A DNA stretch of 64,000 bases from assembly GCA_963662405.2 (NCBI GenBank), contig CAXXKT010000001.1, positions 1,344,001 to 1,408,000 on the forward strand. The letters are read 5' to 3'. The translations under genes and the position numbers were made by a program. Of this stretch, positions 32,157-41,892 are shown one piece after another; position 1 is the stretch's first letter, and each line of letters opens with the position of its first letter. A model generated the notes under the pieces. The model made no database searches, was not told the origin of the DNA, and was given only the letters and a program-made list of their open reading frames with translations. This stretch comes from Syntrophales bacterium. GTDB lineage: Bacteria > Desulfobacterota > Syntrophia > Syntrophales > UBA2210.

Positions 32157-33959
32157 ATGGCAAGTAATACGTTGCCCACGGCGTTGGTAGCTATGGCTGA
32201 AAAGCAGCCCAAACGGGTTGCGATGCGCAATAAGGACTTCGGTATCTGGCACGACATTACCTGGGCCGAATACCTGGAAAACGTGAAGAACGTGGCTCTG
32301 GGCCTTCACGCCCTGGGCGTGGAATATGGTGATCATGTGGCGATCATCGGTGAGAACCGGCCTGAGTGGCTCTACTCGGCCCTAGGAATCGTCTGCGCCG
32401 GTGGCGCCTGGGCGGGGGTCTACACGACGAATCCGGCCGCAGAATGTGAATATGTGGTGGGGCATTCCGATTCGGTCGTCTATCTCTGCGAGGATGAGGA
32501 ACAGCTGGATAAGGCCCTGGTCTTCAGGGAAAAGACCCCGAAATTGAAGAAGCTGATCGTCTGGGATATGGAGGGGCTCAAGCATTTCAAAGATCCCATG
32601 TTTATGAGCTTCGACCAGCTCCTTGAGCTGGGGAGGAAGGAAGACGAGAAAGACCCCGAGCTCTTCGGCCGGCTGATCACCCTGGCCAAGCCGGAGGACA
32701 TAGCGGGGATCATTTATACCTCGGGGACCACCGGGCCGCCGAAGGGGGCTCTTTTGACCCATGAGGGGTACCTGTGGGTCGGCAGGGCGTCTCAGCAGGT
32801 GATAGAGATGAAGAAGGGCGATGAGAGCATCTCCTTTCTGCCACTCAATCATGTCTATGAGCAGATCTTCGATATCATGAACCACCTCACCGTGGGTCAG
32901 ACGGTGAACTTTACCGAAAACACCGATACCGTCATGGCGGATATGCGCGAAGTCTCCCCGACATTTTTTCATGCCGTACCGCGGATCTGGGAAAAATATT
33001 ACTCCGCCATCGTCCTGAAGATGGCCGATGCCACCTGGTTCAAGCGAACGGTCTATAATCTGGCCGTGAAGATCGGGGACAGGTATAACACGATGAAGCT
33101 TGCCAAGGAGAAGATCCCCCTGTGGCTTAACCTCGCCTATAACCTGGCCTACTTCTGTGTCTTCTGGAAATTGAAGGAGCGTCTCGGCTTTGATAAGATC
33201 CGCCTGGGGTTCTCGGGCGCCGCGCCGATTTCAGGCGAGATACTGAAATTTTTTCAGAGTATCGGTATCCCGATCCGTGAGGGGTACGGGATGACGGAAA
33301 CGACGGGGGTCACCCATATGTCCGATGAATTTCACTTCAAGCTGGGAACGGTGGGGAGGGCCCTCCCCGGAACGGAGGTGCGGATCGCCGACGACGGAGA
33401 GATCGTGGTGAAACACAAAGGGATCTTCAAGGGCTACTATAAGGACGAAGAAACCACCCGGGAGGTTCTCGTTGACGGCTGGATGCACACGGGGGATGTG
33501 GGGGAGATCGACGAAGAGGGGTATCTCAAGATCACGGACCGGAAAAAGGATCTCATCATCACCGCGGGGGGAAAGAATATTGCCCCCCAGTATATCGAGA
33601 ATCTGTTGAAGTTTTCCCCCTATATCAATGACTCCGTCGTCATCGGCGACGGCAGGAAATACCTCTCGGCCATCATCGTCATCGACGAGGAAAACGTCAC
33701 CAAATTCGCCCAGGACCACAAGGTCCAGTACACCACCTTTGCCACCATGACCAGGACGGAAGAGGTCATCAATCTTATTCAGGGTGAGATCGACAAGGTG
33801 AACAAGCAGGTCGCGCGGGTGGAGAATATCCGAAAATTCCGAATCCTCGACAAGAAGCTGTACACCGAGGACGGCGAAGTGACGCCGACCATGAAGGTCA
33901 AGCGGAAATCGATCAACGAACAGTTCGCCGACGTGATCGAATCGATGTACCGGGATTAA
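32157..33959 (+). CDS. fadD: Long-chain fatty acid-CoA ligase (AMP-binding)
   Basis: IIYTSGTTGPPKG, GYGMTE, TGD.G, ITDRKKDLI..GGKNIAP, TPTMKVKR. Confidence 0.88.
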   Translation: MASNTLPTALVAMAEKQPKRVAMRNKDFGIWHDITWAEYLENVKNVALGLHALGVEYGDHVAIIGENRPEWLYSALGIVCAGGAWAGVYTTNPAAECEYVVGHSDSVVYLCEDEEQLDKALVFREKTPKLKKLIVWDMEGLKHFKDPMFMSFDQLLELGRKEDEKDPELFGRLITLAKPEDIAGIIYTSGTTGPPKGALLTHEGYLWVGRASQQVIEMKKGDESISFLPLNHVYEQIFDIMNHLTVGQTVNFTENTDTVMADMREVSPTFFHAVPRIWEKYYSAIVLKMADATWFKRTVYNLAVKIGDRYNTMKLAKEKIPLWLNLAYNLAYFCVFWKLKERLGFDKIRLGFSGAAPISGEILKFFQSIGIPIREGYGMTETTGVTHMSDEFHFKLGTVGRALPGTEVRIADDGEIVVKHKGIFKGYYKDEETTREVLVDGWMHTGDVGEIDEEGYLKITDRKKDLIITAGGKNIAPQYIENLLKFSPYINDSVVIGDGRKYLSAIIVIDEENVTKFAQDHKVQYTTFATMTRTEEVINLIQGEIDKVNKQVARVENIRKFRILDKKLYTEDGEVTPTMKVKRKSINEQFADVIESMYRD

Positions 33960-34013
33960 TAGGGGCTACAACCACGACGTCGGTCGACTCCTTACCCGCA
34001 GAGATCGACGTTT

Positions 34014-35393
34014 TCAAAATATCGGGGGCGCGGGATTGAAGGGCTCGCGCAGCAGTGTTGACACGAGATCCAGCCCCCGTTCCAGCGTGGTCGCTGTATC
34101 GGGTCCGGAAAGGGAAATCCGTACGGCACCGGGCGGCACACTGCCCCCGACCGCAAATTTTTCCGCGCTGAAGAGATTCACCCCCACCTGACGGCTCCGC
34201 ACCTCAAAATCAAATCCGGTCCAGGGTTTGGGTAACTCAAGCCAGACAAAGTAGCCGGCGGGCATTCCCGTGTAGGTGAACCCGGCCAATCTCTCCGAGA
34301 CCAGCCTGTTGCGAAGGACGGCCTCTTTTTGCTTGGCGTCAATGGCTTTTTCAATCGCGCCGGAATTGATGCACTCCGCGATAATGGCGGCATTGAGGGT
34401 CGGGGCCATCCAGAGTGTGTTGAGGATGGCCCTGACCAGGAGGTCGCGATACCGGTTCCCGGTAACAACGTAAGCGGAGCGCAGACCCGCGTACAATATT
34501 TTAGACAGCCCCGCGATGAAGATACTGTTATCCGGCACCATCACGGAGATGGCCGGCGACCGCTCCGGACCGGTGTGGGCGTACGCATCATCCTCCAGCA
34601 GCAACAGCCGGTGGGTCATGATCATACGGGCCAGCTGCTCGCGACGAGCCTGGGGGATATGGATGGCCATGGGATTCTGGACGCCGGGCATGAGATAGAT
34701 GCCCGTGATCTCATCGCGGCGGCAGGCCGTATCCAGTGCCTCTGGAACCATTCCGTACTCATCCGCAGGGATTGCCACGAGCCGGATTCCCAGCATCCCC
34801 GCCAGCGTTTTGAACCCCGGATAGGTCAGCTCATCGACGGCGATACGGTCTCCCGGTTTAAAGCAGGAGAGGAGGCTGCAGGCCAACGCATGCTGCGCCC
34901 CGGCGGTCACCACGATCTGTTCCGGCCGGACATTCAGGCCAAAACGCCTGACCCAGTGTGCTCCTGTCGCCCGATGCTCCGGAAGCCCTGACGGGTCGGT
35001 ATATGTGAGATACTCTTCCAGCCGACAGGTACGGTTCAGCCGTTTGAGAATCTCCATCAGATTTTCATCTTTATCGTACAGTGGCAGGACCAGTCCCATT
35101 TCGATCAGTTCCGGGTGCATGCCGTCCGGACGCACCAGATCGAGCGCCGCGCAGGCATCCGCAGCGACAAACGTTCCCCGGCCGACGATGGCGGCGACGA
35201 GCCTTCTCCGCTCCGCTTCTTTGTACGCCCGTGTTACCGTGCTCACATTGACCCCGATCATATCCGCCAGTTCGCGATGGGTTGGCAACTGGTCTCCGGG
35301 GCGCAGCAGGCCGTTGCGGATGTCCCGCTCCAATTGATCGGCTATCGCGCTGTATCGGGGTTGGTCGGTTTCGTCCAGGGCTGGATTCCACAC
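34014..35393 (-). CDS. MocR/GabR-family PLP-dependent transcriptional regulator
   Basis: N-terminal GntR HTH (PG.QLPT.RELA...VN..TV.RAY) plus aminotransferase domain (GAQHAL, EDDAY, GLSK...GLR); GGAGG RBS before GTG 35393. Confidence 0.9.
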   Translation of the reverse strand: MWNPALDETDQPRYSAIADQLERDIRNGLLRPGDQLPTHRELADMIGVNVSTVTRAYKEAERRRLVAAIVGRGTFVAADACAALDLVRPDGMHPELIEMGLVLPLYDKDENLMEILKRLNRTCRLEEYLTYTDPSGLPEHRATGAHWVRRFGLNVRPEQIVVTAGAQHALACSLLSCFKPGDRIAVDELTYPGFKTLAGMLGIRLVAIPADEYGMVPEALDTACRRDEITGIYLMPGVQNPMAIHIPQARREQLARMIMTHRLLLLEDDAYAHTGPERSPAISVMVPDNSIFIAGLSKILYAGLRSAYVVTGNRYRDLLVRAILNTLWMAPTLNAAIIAECINSGAIEKAIDAKQKEAVLRNRLVSERLAGFTYTGMPAGYFVWLELPKPWTGFDFEVRSRQVGVNLFSAEKFAVGGSVPPGAVRISLSGPDTATTLERGLDLVSTLLREPFNPAPPIF

Positions 35394-35411
35394 GGGGACA
35401 CCTCCATAAAT

Positions 35412-35483
35412 ATTGTCATGCATACAATAATAGAATTGACTGCATACAATCACTCCGTATATGGTTGTCTTCTACCATACAAT
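35412..35483. promoter_or_regulatory. Putative MocR operator array between divergent genes
   Basis: CATACAAT at 35421, 35443 and 35476; first two lie in ATTG...ACAAT inverted repeats. Confidence 0.6.
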
Positions 35484-35504
35484 ATGCCAGGGGGGCAACA
35501 GCAT

Positions 35505-36905
35505 ATGGACGCGCTTCAGGAAAAACTGAAACAGCAGGTTGAAGAGAAAGAGATATTCGAACTGGCACGGCGCTGCGCCTACGACTACATGGATACGGTG
35601 GCGGAACGGGAAGCCTTTCCCACGGAACAGGCACTGCAATCGCTGGCCCTTTTCAGAGAAGCACTGCCTGAAGAAGGGGAAAATCCATTGGAGATCCTGG
35701 ATCAACTCCACCGGGTCGGTTCGCCGGCGACCGTCGCCCAGACGGGAGGACGGTATTTCGGGTTCGTCAACGGTGGTGCAATCCCTGCGGCGGTGGCGGC
35801 ACGATGGCTCACCGATGTCTGGGACCAGAATACCGCGCTCTCCGTGATGTCCCCGGTGGCGTCGGAACTGGAGACCCTGTGCGAAAGGTGGCTGGTGCAC
35901 CTCCTCGGTCTTCCGGAAAAAACGGCGGCGGGATTGGTGAGCGGCACATCCACTGCCATCCTCTGCTCCCTGGTGGCGGGACGGAATCATCTCCTCTCGC
36001 GGATGGGATGGGATGTGAACGGCAGGGGCCTGTTCGGCGCTCCTGAAATCCGCGTGATTGTTGGCGAACAGGCCCATGCCTCGATCTTCAAGGTCCTTTC
36101 GTTTATCGGTCTGGGCAGGGATCGCGTCGTCACCGTTCCGGCGGACGGCCAGGGGCGCATGATCCCCGGACAAGTTCCCCGGCTGGACAATACAACACTG
36201 CTGATCCTGCAGGCCGGCAATGTGAACTCCGGGGCGTTCGACCCCTTTGAGATCCTGTGCAATAGTGCACGGGAGGCTGGCGCCTGGGTTCATGTGGACG
36301 GGGCCTTCGGTCTGTGGGCGGCGGCCTGCCGAAACCGGGCCCATCTGACACGGGGCATGGAACAGGCGGATTCTTGGTCTGTCGATGCCCACAAGACGTT
36401 GAACGCCCCTTATGACTGTGGCATTGTGCTCTGCCGCCGTCGGGAGGCCCTGGCTGCGGCCATGCACTCATCGGGTTCGTACATTCTGTACAGCGAGCAT
36501 CGGGACGGGATGCATTATACGCCGGAGATGTCCCGGAGGGCACGCGCCGTCGAACTGTGGGCGACGCTGAAAGCCCTGGGCCGCGAAGGGATTGATGCCC
36601 TGGTGGAAGGCCTGTGCCAGCGGGCCCGGGAATTCGCCGAGGGCTTGCAGTCACGGGGGTTCCGCGTTCTCAACGATGTGGTGTTCAATCAGGTGCTTGT
36701 CGCCTGCGAGACACCGGAACTCACACAGAAAACGCTGGAGGCGATTCAGGAGTCCGGAACCTGCTGGTGCGGCGGGTCCGTCTGGGGGGATGAACCGGTT
36801 ATCCGCATCAGTGTCTGTTCCTGGGCGACGACGCCGTCCGATATCGAGTGTTCCGTGGAGGCATTTGTTGAAGCGCGGGCCGCGGCGTCCGGCAATCGCC
36901 GGTGA
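35505..36905 (+). CDS. Group II PLP-dependent amino acid decarboxylase
   Basis: RYFGFV.GG, HASI.K, HVDGAFG, DSW..DAHK (PLP lysine), SRRAR. Confidence 0.88.
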   Translation: MDALQEKLKQQVEEKEIFELARRCAYDYMDTVAEREAFPTEQALQSLALFREALPEEGENPLEILDQLHRVGSPATVAQTGGRYFGFVNGGAIPAAVAARWLTDVWDQNTALSVMSPVASELETLCERWLVHLLGLPEKTAAGLVSGTSTAILCSLVAGRNHLLSRMGWDVNGRGLFGAPEIRVIVGEQAHASIFKVLSFIGLGRDRVVTVPADGQGRMIPGQVPRLDNTTLLILQAGNVNSGAFDPFEILCNSAREAGAWVHVDGAFGLWAAACRNRAHLTRGMEQADSWSVDAHKTLNAPYDCGIVLCRRREALAAAMHSSGSYILYSEHRDGMHYTPEMSRRARAVELWATLKALGREGIDALVEGLCQRAREFAEGLQSRGFRVLNDVVFNQVLVACETPELTQKTLEAIQESGTCWCGGSVWGDEPVIRISVCSWATTPSDIECSVEAFVEARAAASGNRR

Positions 36906-36944
36906 ACACATGACGGAAAGGACACCCATGAGAGGAGCTAAAAC

Positions 36945-37829
36945 ATGAAGACATATCCATTCAGAAAACTGGATGCCTTTACAACCGGGGCGTCCCCGGG
37001 TAACCCGGCCGGGTGTGTTCTCTTGGATTCGCCTCATGACATCAGTGCTGGGGAGATGCAGCGCATTGCTGCTGAACTGGGAGATTTCGTTTCGGAGGTG
37101 GGGTATGTGTGGCCCACACCCGGAATGAAGTGGGATTTTGAGCTGCGGTATTTTTCACGGGAGCGGGAGATCGATTTCTGCGGGCACGCCACGGTGGCGA
37201 TCATGTACGACCTCCTCCGGCGCAGACCGGTGACAGACGCCCGTACGGTGACGATCAAGACACCCGCAGGACTTTTGGAGGTGGAGGATCAGACCCACGA
37301 CAGGGATCTCGTCTTCATTCACGCGCCGGATCCGCGGTTCCTCGACATAACGACCTCCCCGGAAGATGTTGCCGGGGCGTTAAACATTCGGAATGCCGCG
37401 CTGGATGAAGCGCATCCCGTAGCGTCCGTCAATGCCGGTCTGAACACGCTTTTGGTGGCGGTGAAGACCCTTCCGGACTGTATCGAATGCCGGCCGGATT
37501 ATGAGACGCTCCGCGGATTCTGCCTGGATCATGGGATAGAGATCATCACCATCTATACCTTCGATACCGCCTTCGAGGATTCCGGTGTTCGCACGCGGGT
37601 CTTCGCCCCGCCCTTCGGATATCTGGAGGATCCGGCAACCGGTTCCGGCAATGCGGCGCTTGGATATCTGCTGGCGTCAGACGGCTACTGGGGCGAAGAG
37701 ACGCTGAAGGTCGAGCAGGGGCAATCCTGCAGGCGGCCGAATACCGTTATACTGAAAAAAGCGGGAGACCGGGTGCAGATCGGGGGGCAGAGCGTCTGCC
37801 GGATCGAGGGTACCTATTTTCTTCCATAG
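36945..37829 (+). CDS. PhzF-family isomerase
   Basis: DAF....GNPAG, SE, E.DFCGHAT, EDPATGS. Confidence 0.9.
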   Translation: MKTYPFRKLDAFTTGASPGNPAGCVLLDSPHDISAGEMQRIAAELGDFVSEVGYVWPTPGMKWDFELRYFSREREIDFCGHATVAIMYDLLRRRPVTDARTVTIKTPAGLLEVEDQTHDRDLVFIHAPDPRFLDITTSPEDVAGALNIRNAALDEAHPVASVNAGLNTLLVAVKTLPDCIECRPDYETLRGFCLDHGIEIITIYTFDTAFEDSGVRTRVFAPPFGYLEDPATGSGNAALGYLLASDGYWGEETLKVEQGQSCRRPNTVILKKAGDRVQIGGQSVCRIEGTYFLP

Positions 37830-37835
37830 GGAGGG

Positions 37836-38437
37836 ATGATGAATATCACCATACGGACCGCACGCGCGGATGATGCGCCGTTTCTGGCCCGGGTCATGTT
37901 GACGGCTTCGTGATCCCACCGGCCGTACGGACTCTGGGATCACTTTGTCGGCGGCACCGCATCTCTTTCACCATCATCTCTTTCTGATCGCCGAAAGAGA
38001 CGGCGAGCAGGTCCCTGGGCTGGGCGGCTACGACCCCGTTGCGCATGGCATGAAGGCCTTTTATCGGATCGTCCCGGCCGTGTGTGAAGAGATCGGCTGG
38101 ACCAACGAGGATCTCAGGGCCGCATCCAGACGCATGAGCTCGTATGCGGCGTGTATGCCCGAAGAGGTTCCGGGGATCCGGATCGTGGAGAGCGTGGCGG
38201 CCATGCCCCCAGCCAGAAGGCGGGGCGTCATGAATCGGCTGCTCACGGAAATCCTTGCCAAAGGCAGGACCGGGGGGGTACGGGAAAAGCCGGATCAGCG
38301 TCCTGGCCGGTAACACCCCCGCCCGGATGGCCCATGAAAAAGAGGGCTTTCGTTCTGTCGATGAGAAACGCCATCCTGCATTCGAGGCGACATACGGCGA
38401 TGATGGCATCACCCGCATGATAATGGATCTCCGGTAA
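37836..38437 (+). pseudogene. GNAT acetyltransferase pseudogene
   Basis: MMNITIRTARADDAPFL start, in-frame TGA at 37911, then frameshifted fragments with VA.MP.ARRRG and N.PA...EKEGF GNAT motifs. Confidence 0.75.
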
Positions 38438-38575
38438 TGATATGCATCTCTCCAAGAGGAAAAAGATGACACCGACGATACTGATCGGCGCTACCGCTGC
38501 CGCAGGAGATTACGAGACGGGTGATCAACGGGCAGTGGACCGATCCGATCGAATCGATCTATCGGGATTGGCGGG

Positions 38576-39502
38576 TTAGAGGTCTTCCGGCGTGAAGGTC
38601 ACCACGTCGTCGATTGATTCTTTGTCCGCAAAGATCATCGCCAGGCGGTCGACCCCCAGCGCGATCCCCGCTGCTTCGGGCATGGTGGGGAGTGCCTCCA
38701 GGAATTTCTCCGGCATGGGATAGAGGATGCTGCCGGATGCGCGGCGGTTTCTTATCTCTTCCTCAAACCGTTCCCGCTGTTCTCCCGCATCGGTCAATTC
38801 CGAAAAGGCGTTGGCCAGTTCGAGCCCCCCCATGTACAGTTCGAAGCGTTCCGCTACCGACGGGTCCGCCCGGTTGATGCGGGCGAGCGCCCCGAGCGCT
38901 GCCGGATAATCATACAGGAATACGGGTCCTTCCGTTCCGATATTGGGTTCGATCTCGGCCACCATGATCTCGTCGAAGCGGTCCTGTTCCAGGGCCTGGT
39001 CCATCGATCGGGAGGCATAACGGTTGAAGGCATCTTTCACCGAGAGACGCTCCCAGGGGGTGCGCATCGCAATGGGTTGCCCCCGGTATGTCAGATCCCC
39101 TTCGTGGCCGAGTTTATGTGCAACGGAGACGATCATTGTCTCGCACACCTCCATCATCCGGTGGTAGTCGATACCGCTCTCGTACCACTCGAGGAGGGTG
39201 AATTCGGTCATATGGCGCGATCCCCGTTCCTTACTGCGGAAACAATGGGTGATCTGGAATATGCGGGGGTAACCGGCGGCCAGGAGACGCTTCATGCACA
39301 GCTCGGGGGAGGTATGGAGAAACCAGCCGTCCGCAGGGATGGCATCGATATGAACCTCCGGGGCGGGAGCGGGGATCCGAGTCGGGGTCTCGACCTCGAG
39401 AAAGTCCCGTTCGATAAAAAAGCCGCGAATCGCACGGATCATCGCGGCTCGGACTCCCAAGGCTTCTCGTTTCCGGGTGAATTTCCAGCCTGAATCCATC
39501 AT
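38576..39502 (-). CDS. epmA: EF-P lysine aminoacylase
   Basis: LHTSPEL.MKRLL, FR..E....H..EFT.LEWY, ERFELY, G.ALGVDRL; adjacent to efp. Confidence 0.93.
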   Translation of the reverse strand: MMDSGWKFTRKREALGVRAAMIRAIRGFFIERDFLEVETPTRIPAPAPEVHIDAIPADGWFLHTSPELCMKRLLAAGYPRIFQITHCFRSKERGSRHMTEFTLLEWYESGIDYHRMMEVCETMIVSVAHKLGHEGDLTYRGQPIAMRTPWERLSVKDAFNRYASRSMDQALEQDRFDEIMVAEIEPNIGTEGPVFLYDYPAALGALARINRADPSVAERFELYMGGLELANAFSELTDAGEQRERFEEEIRNRRASGSILYPMPEKFLEALPTMPEAAGIALGVDRLAMIFADKESIDDVVTFTPEDL

Positions 39503-40062
39503 TCCTTGACACGGGTGAGGTATTCGCCGGTACGCGTGTCGATCCGTATCTTCTCCCCTTCTTCGATGAAGGGGGGTGCCTGGAGCGCATAGCCCGTCTC
39601 AACAACGATCGGTTTTGATTTTCCCGTGACCGAATCCCCCTTCGCCCATGGCTCGGCGACGGTCACCGTGAGGTCGACGAAGTTGGGCAGGGTGATCCCG
39701 AGCGGCTCCTCTCCGAAAAAGAGGATCTCAACATCCAGGTTATCGGACAGGAAATTTTTCGCATCCCCGACTTGGTCTTCGGTGAGGTAGACCTGCTCGT
39801 AGGTTTCGGCCTCCATGAAACAGTATTGTCTGTCTTCCTCGTAGAGGTACTGCATCTTTTTTTCCCGGAGATTGGCGGGCGCGAAGGTGTCTCCGGACCG
39901 GTAGGTTCGTTCGAACTGGTTTCCATTGATCATGTTCTTGAGCTTGCATCGATAGAGAGACTGACCCTTCCCCGGTTTTGTAAAGGTAAAATCGACGATT
40001 ACATAGGGATCCCCGTCGATCTGTATCTTCAGGTTTTTCCTCAGGTCGCTTGCGGAATACAT
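39499..40062 (-). CDS. efp: Elongation factor P
   Basis: KPGKG, KGD, PPFI..GE.I.IDTR.GEY. Confidence 0.97.
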   Translation of the reverse strand: MYSASDLRKNLKIQIDGDPYVIVDFTFTKPGKGQSLYRCKLKNMINGNQFERTYRSGDTFAPANLREKKMQYLYEEDRQYCFMEAETYEQVYLTEDQVGDAKNFLSDNLDVEILFFGEEPLGITLPNFVDLTVTVAEPWAKGDSVTGKSKPIVVETGYALQAPPFIEEGEKIRIDTRTGEYLTRVKE

Positions 40063-40164
40063 GGCTTCCTCCTGTGCGTTTTCGAATTGAAGATCAAACC
40101 TTCTAATCTATTTGCCGGCATATGTCAAAAGATTGTTGGTTCCTTCAGGAGGGGAAGAATGAGG

Positions 40165-41862
40165 TTACATCCTGGTGACACGGAAGATCTCCTCGATGGT
40201 GGTAATGCCGCTGAGGACCTTGCGCGTGCCGTCTTGGAGAAGGGTGATCATCCCGTCTCTGATTGCCTCTTTCCGTATCTGGTTTGAGTCCGATGTCTTC
40301 AATATCAGGTTCTTCAGATGGTCGTTCAGGACCATCATTTCAAAGATGGCGGCCCTTCCCCGGTAGCCGGTATTCATGCACGCAGGGCACCCCCTTCTCC
40401 GGTAGACGGTGTGTCCTTCAAGCTGTGCCCTGTCGAGGCCCGTTTTCGCCAGGGATTTTTCGTCCGGGGTGTAGGCCTCTTTACAAGCGGGGCACAGGAC
40501 CCGGATAAGCCGCTGGGCGATGATGGCGACGACGGATGAGGATACCAGAAACGGCTCGACACCCATATCGATGATACGTGTGATCGCACTGGCCGCATCG
40601 TTGGTATGGAGGGTAGAGAAGACCAGATGGCCGGTGAGGGATGACTGGATGGCTATTTCCGAAGTCTCTCTGTCCCGGATCTCACCCACCAGAATCACGT
40701 CGGGGTCCTGTCTCACGATGGAACGAAGCCCCTTGGCGAAGGTCAGATCGATCTTGGAATTGACCTGTATCTGCCCGATCCCCTCCATCCGGTATTCGAT
40801 CGGATCCTCGATCGTGATGATATTGATCTCGGGATTGTTGATGGTCGAAAGGGCTGCATACAGGGTGGTTGTCTTGCCGCTCCCCGTCGGCCCGGTAACG
40901 AGGATGACTCCATGGGGAGATTGAATGAGATCATCGAAGAGCGCAAAGCGCTCCTGGTCCAGCCCCAGATCGTCAAGTTTCAGTATCGCTCCGGTCTTGT
41001 CGAGGAGCCGGAGCACGACCCGTTCACCGAAGGCCGTGGGGATCACGGATACCCGGATGTCGATCGCCTTGTCGCCGATCTTGATGTCGATCCTTCCGTC
41101 CTGGGGGAGGCGTTTTTCCGCTATGTTAAGCTTGGCCATTACCTTGACACGCGATATCAGAGCGGACTGGATCTGCTTCGGGAGCTTCAGGATGTTGTAC
41201 AGAATGCCGTCTATCCGGTATCGAATGGCAAGGGAACCTTGATAGGGCTCGATATGGATATCGCTTGCCCGATCTCTGACGGCGCGCGCGAGGGTCAGAT
41301 TCATCAGCTTAATGATCGGTGCGTCGCTGGTGTCATCCAGGAGATCGGCGGTTTCTTCAATTTCGGAGAGAATCCTGTCCGGTGTTTCGTCGTCACTCAT
41401 ATCTTGGATAAATGCTTCGGCTGAGTCGGTTTCCTGGTTGTATGCCGCATTGATGGCGGAGAAGATGGCCCCCTGAGGGGCTAGAACGATACGGGCATCC
41501 TTCCATCCCAGGATATGGATGATGTCATCGAGGGGTTGAAAATCGAAGGGATTGTGAACCGCCACGAATCTGCCGTCCGATGTCTCCAACGGAACCATTT
41601 TGTGCCGCCTCAGATATTGGATAGGCAATGCCTGGGTGAAATGCACATCGACGCCATCGGTGGGGAGGGAAGGCCAGAAAGGCAGGTCGAGGCGGGTACC
41701 TATCGCTTCCAGAAGAGCGGTTTCATCGATATCTTTTCTATGAACCAAGTTGTCGATGATGCCCTGTTCCGGAGCGCGAGGTGTCGAGAGTACATCGGCG
41801 ATCGCCTCATCGGAGAGGCCGTATCCTGCAAGGAGGGATTCTCTGCTCATGGTTGTCGTCAC
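40165..41862 (-). CDS. gspE: T2SS ATPase
   Basis: RASDIHIEP, GPTGSGKTTT, RQDPD, TGHLVFSTLH, CxxC...CxxC. Confidence 0.95.
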   Translation of the reverse strand: MTTTMSRESLLAGYGLSDEAIADVLSTPRAPEQGIIDNLVHRKDIDETALLEAIGTRLDLPFWPSLPTDGVDVHFTQALPIQYLRRHKMVPLETSDGRFVAVHNPFDFQPLDDIIHILGWKDARIVLAPQGAIFSAINAAYNQETDSAEAFIQDMSDDETPDRILSEIEETADLLDDTSDAPIIKLMNLTLARAVRDRASDIHIEPYQGSLAIRYRIDGILYNILKLPKQIQSALISRVKVMAKLNIAEKRLPQDGRIDIKIGDKAIDIRVSVIPTAFGERVVLRLLDKTGAILKLDDLGLDQERFALFDDLIQSPHGVILVTGPTGSGKTTTLYAALSTINNPEINIITIEDPIEYRMEGIGQIQVNSKIDLTFAKGLRSIVRQDPDVILVGEIRDRETSEIAIQSSLTGHLVFSTLHTNDAASAITRIIDMGVEPFLVSSSVVAIIAQRLIRVLCPACKEAYTPDEKSLAKTGLDRAQLEGHTVYRRRGCPACMNTGYRGRAAIFEMMVLNDHLKNLILKTSDSNQIRKEAIRDGMITLLQDGTRKVLSGITTIEEIFRVTRM

Positions 41863-41892
41863 GCTTGGCCGGGTACCTTCATCGCTCTTCTT

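Noticed and set aside
35115..35504. 130-aa N-terminal extension of the decarboxylase ORF
   Set aside because: Overlaps the MocR gene and operator region; the family-like sequence starts at ATG 35505
37911..37913. In-frame TGA as selenocysteine
   Set aside because: Context (TAS*SH) fits a CGA>TGA change, and further frameshifts follow, so pseudogene is simpler
38576..40062. efp-epmA without epmB as an unusual system
   Set aside because: epmB is often unlinked; EF-P has the normal KPGKG lysine
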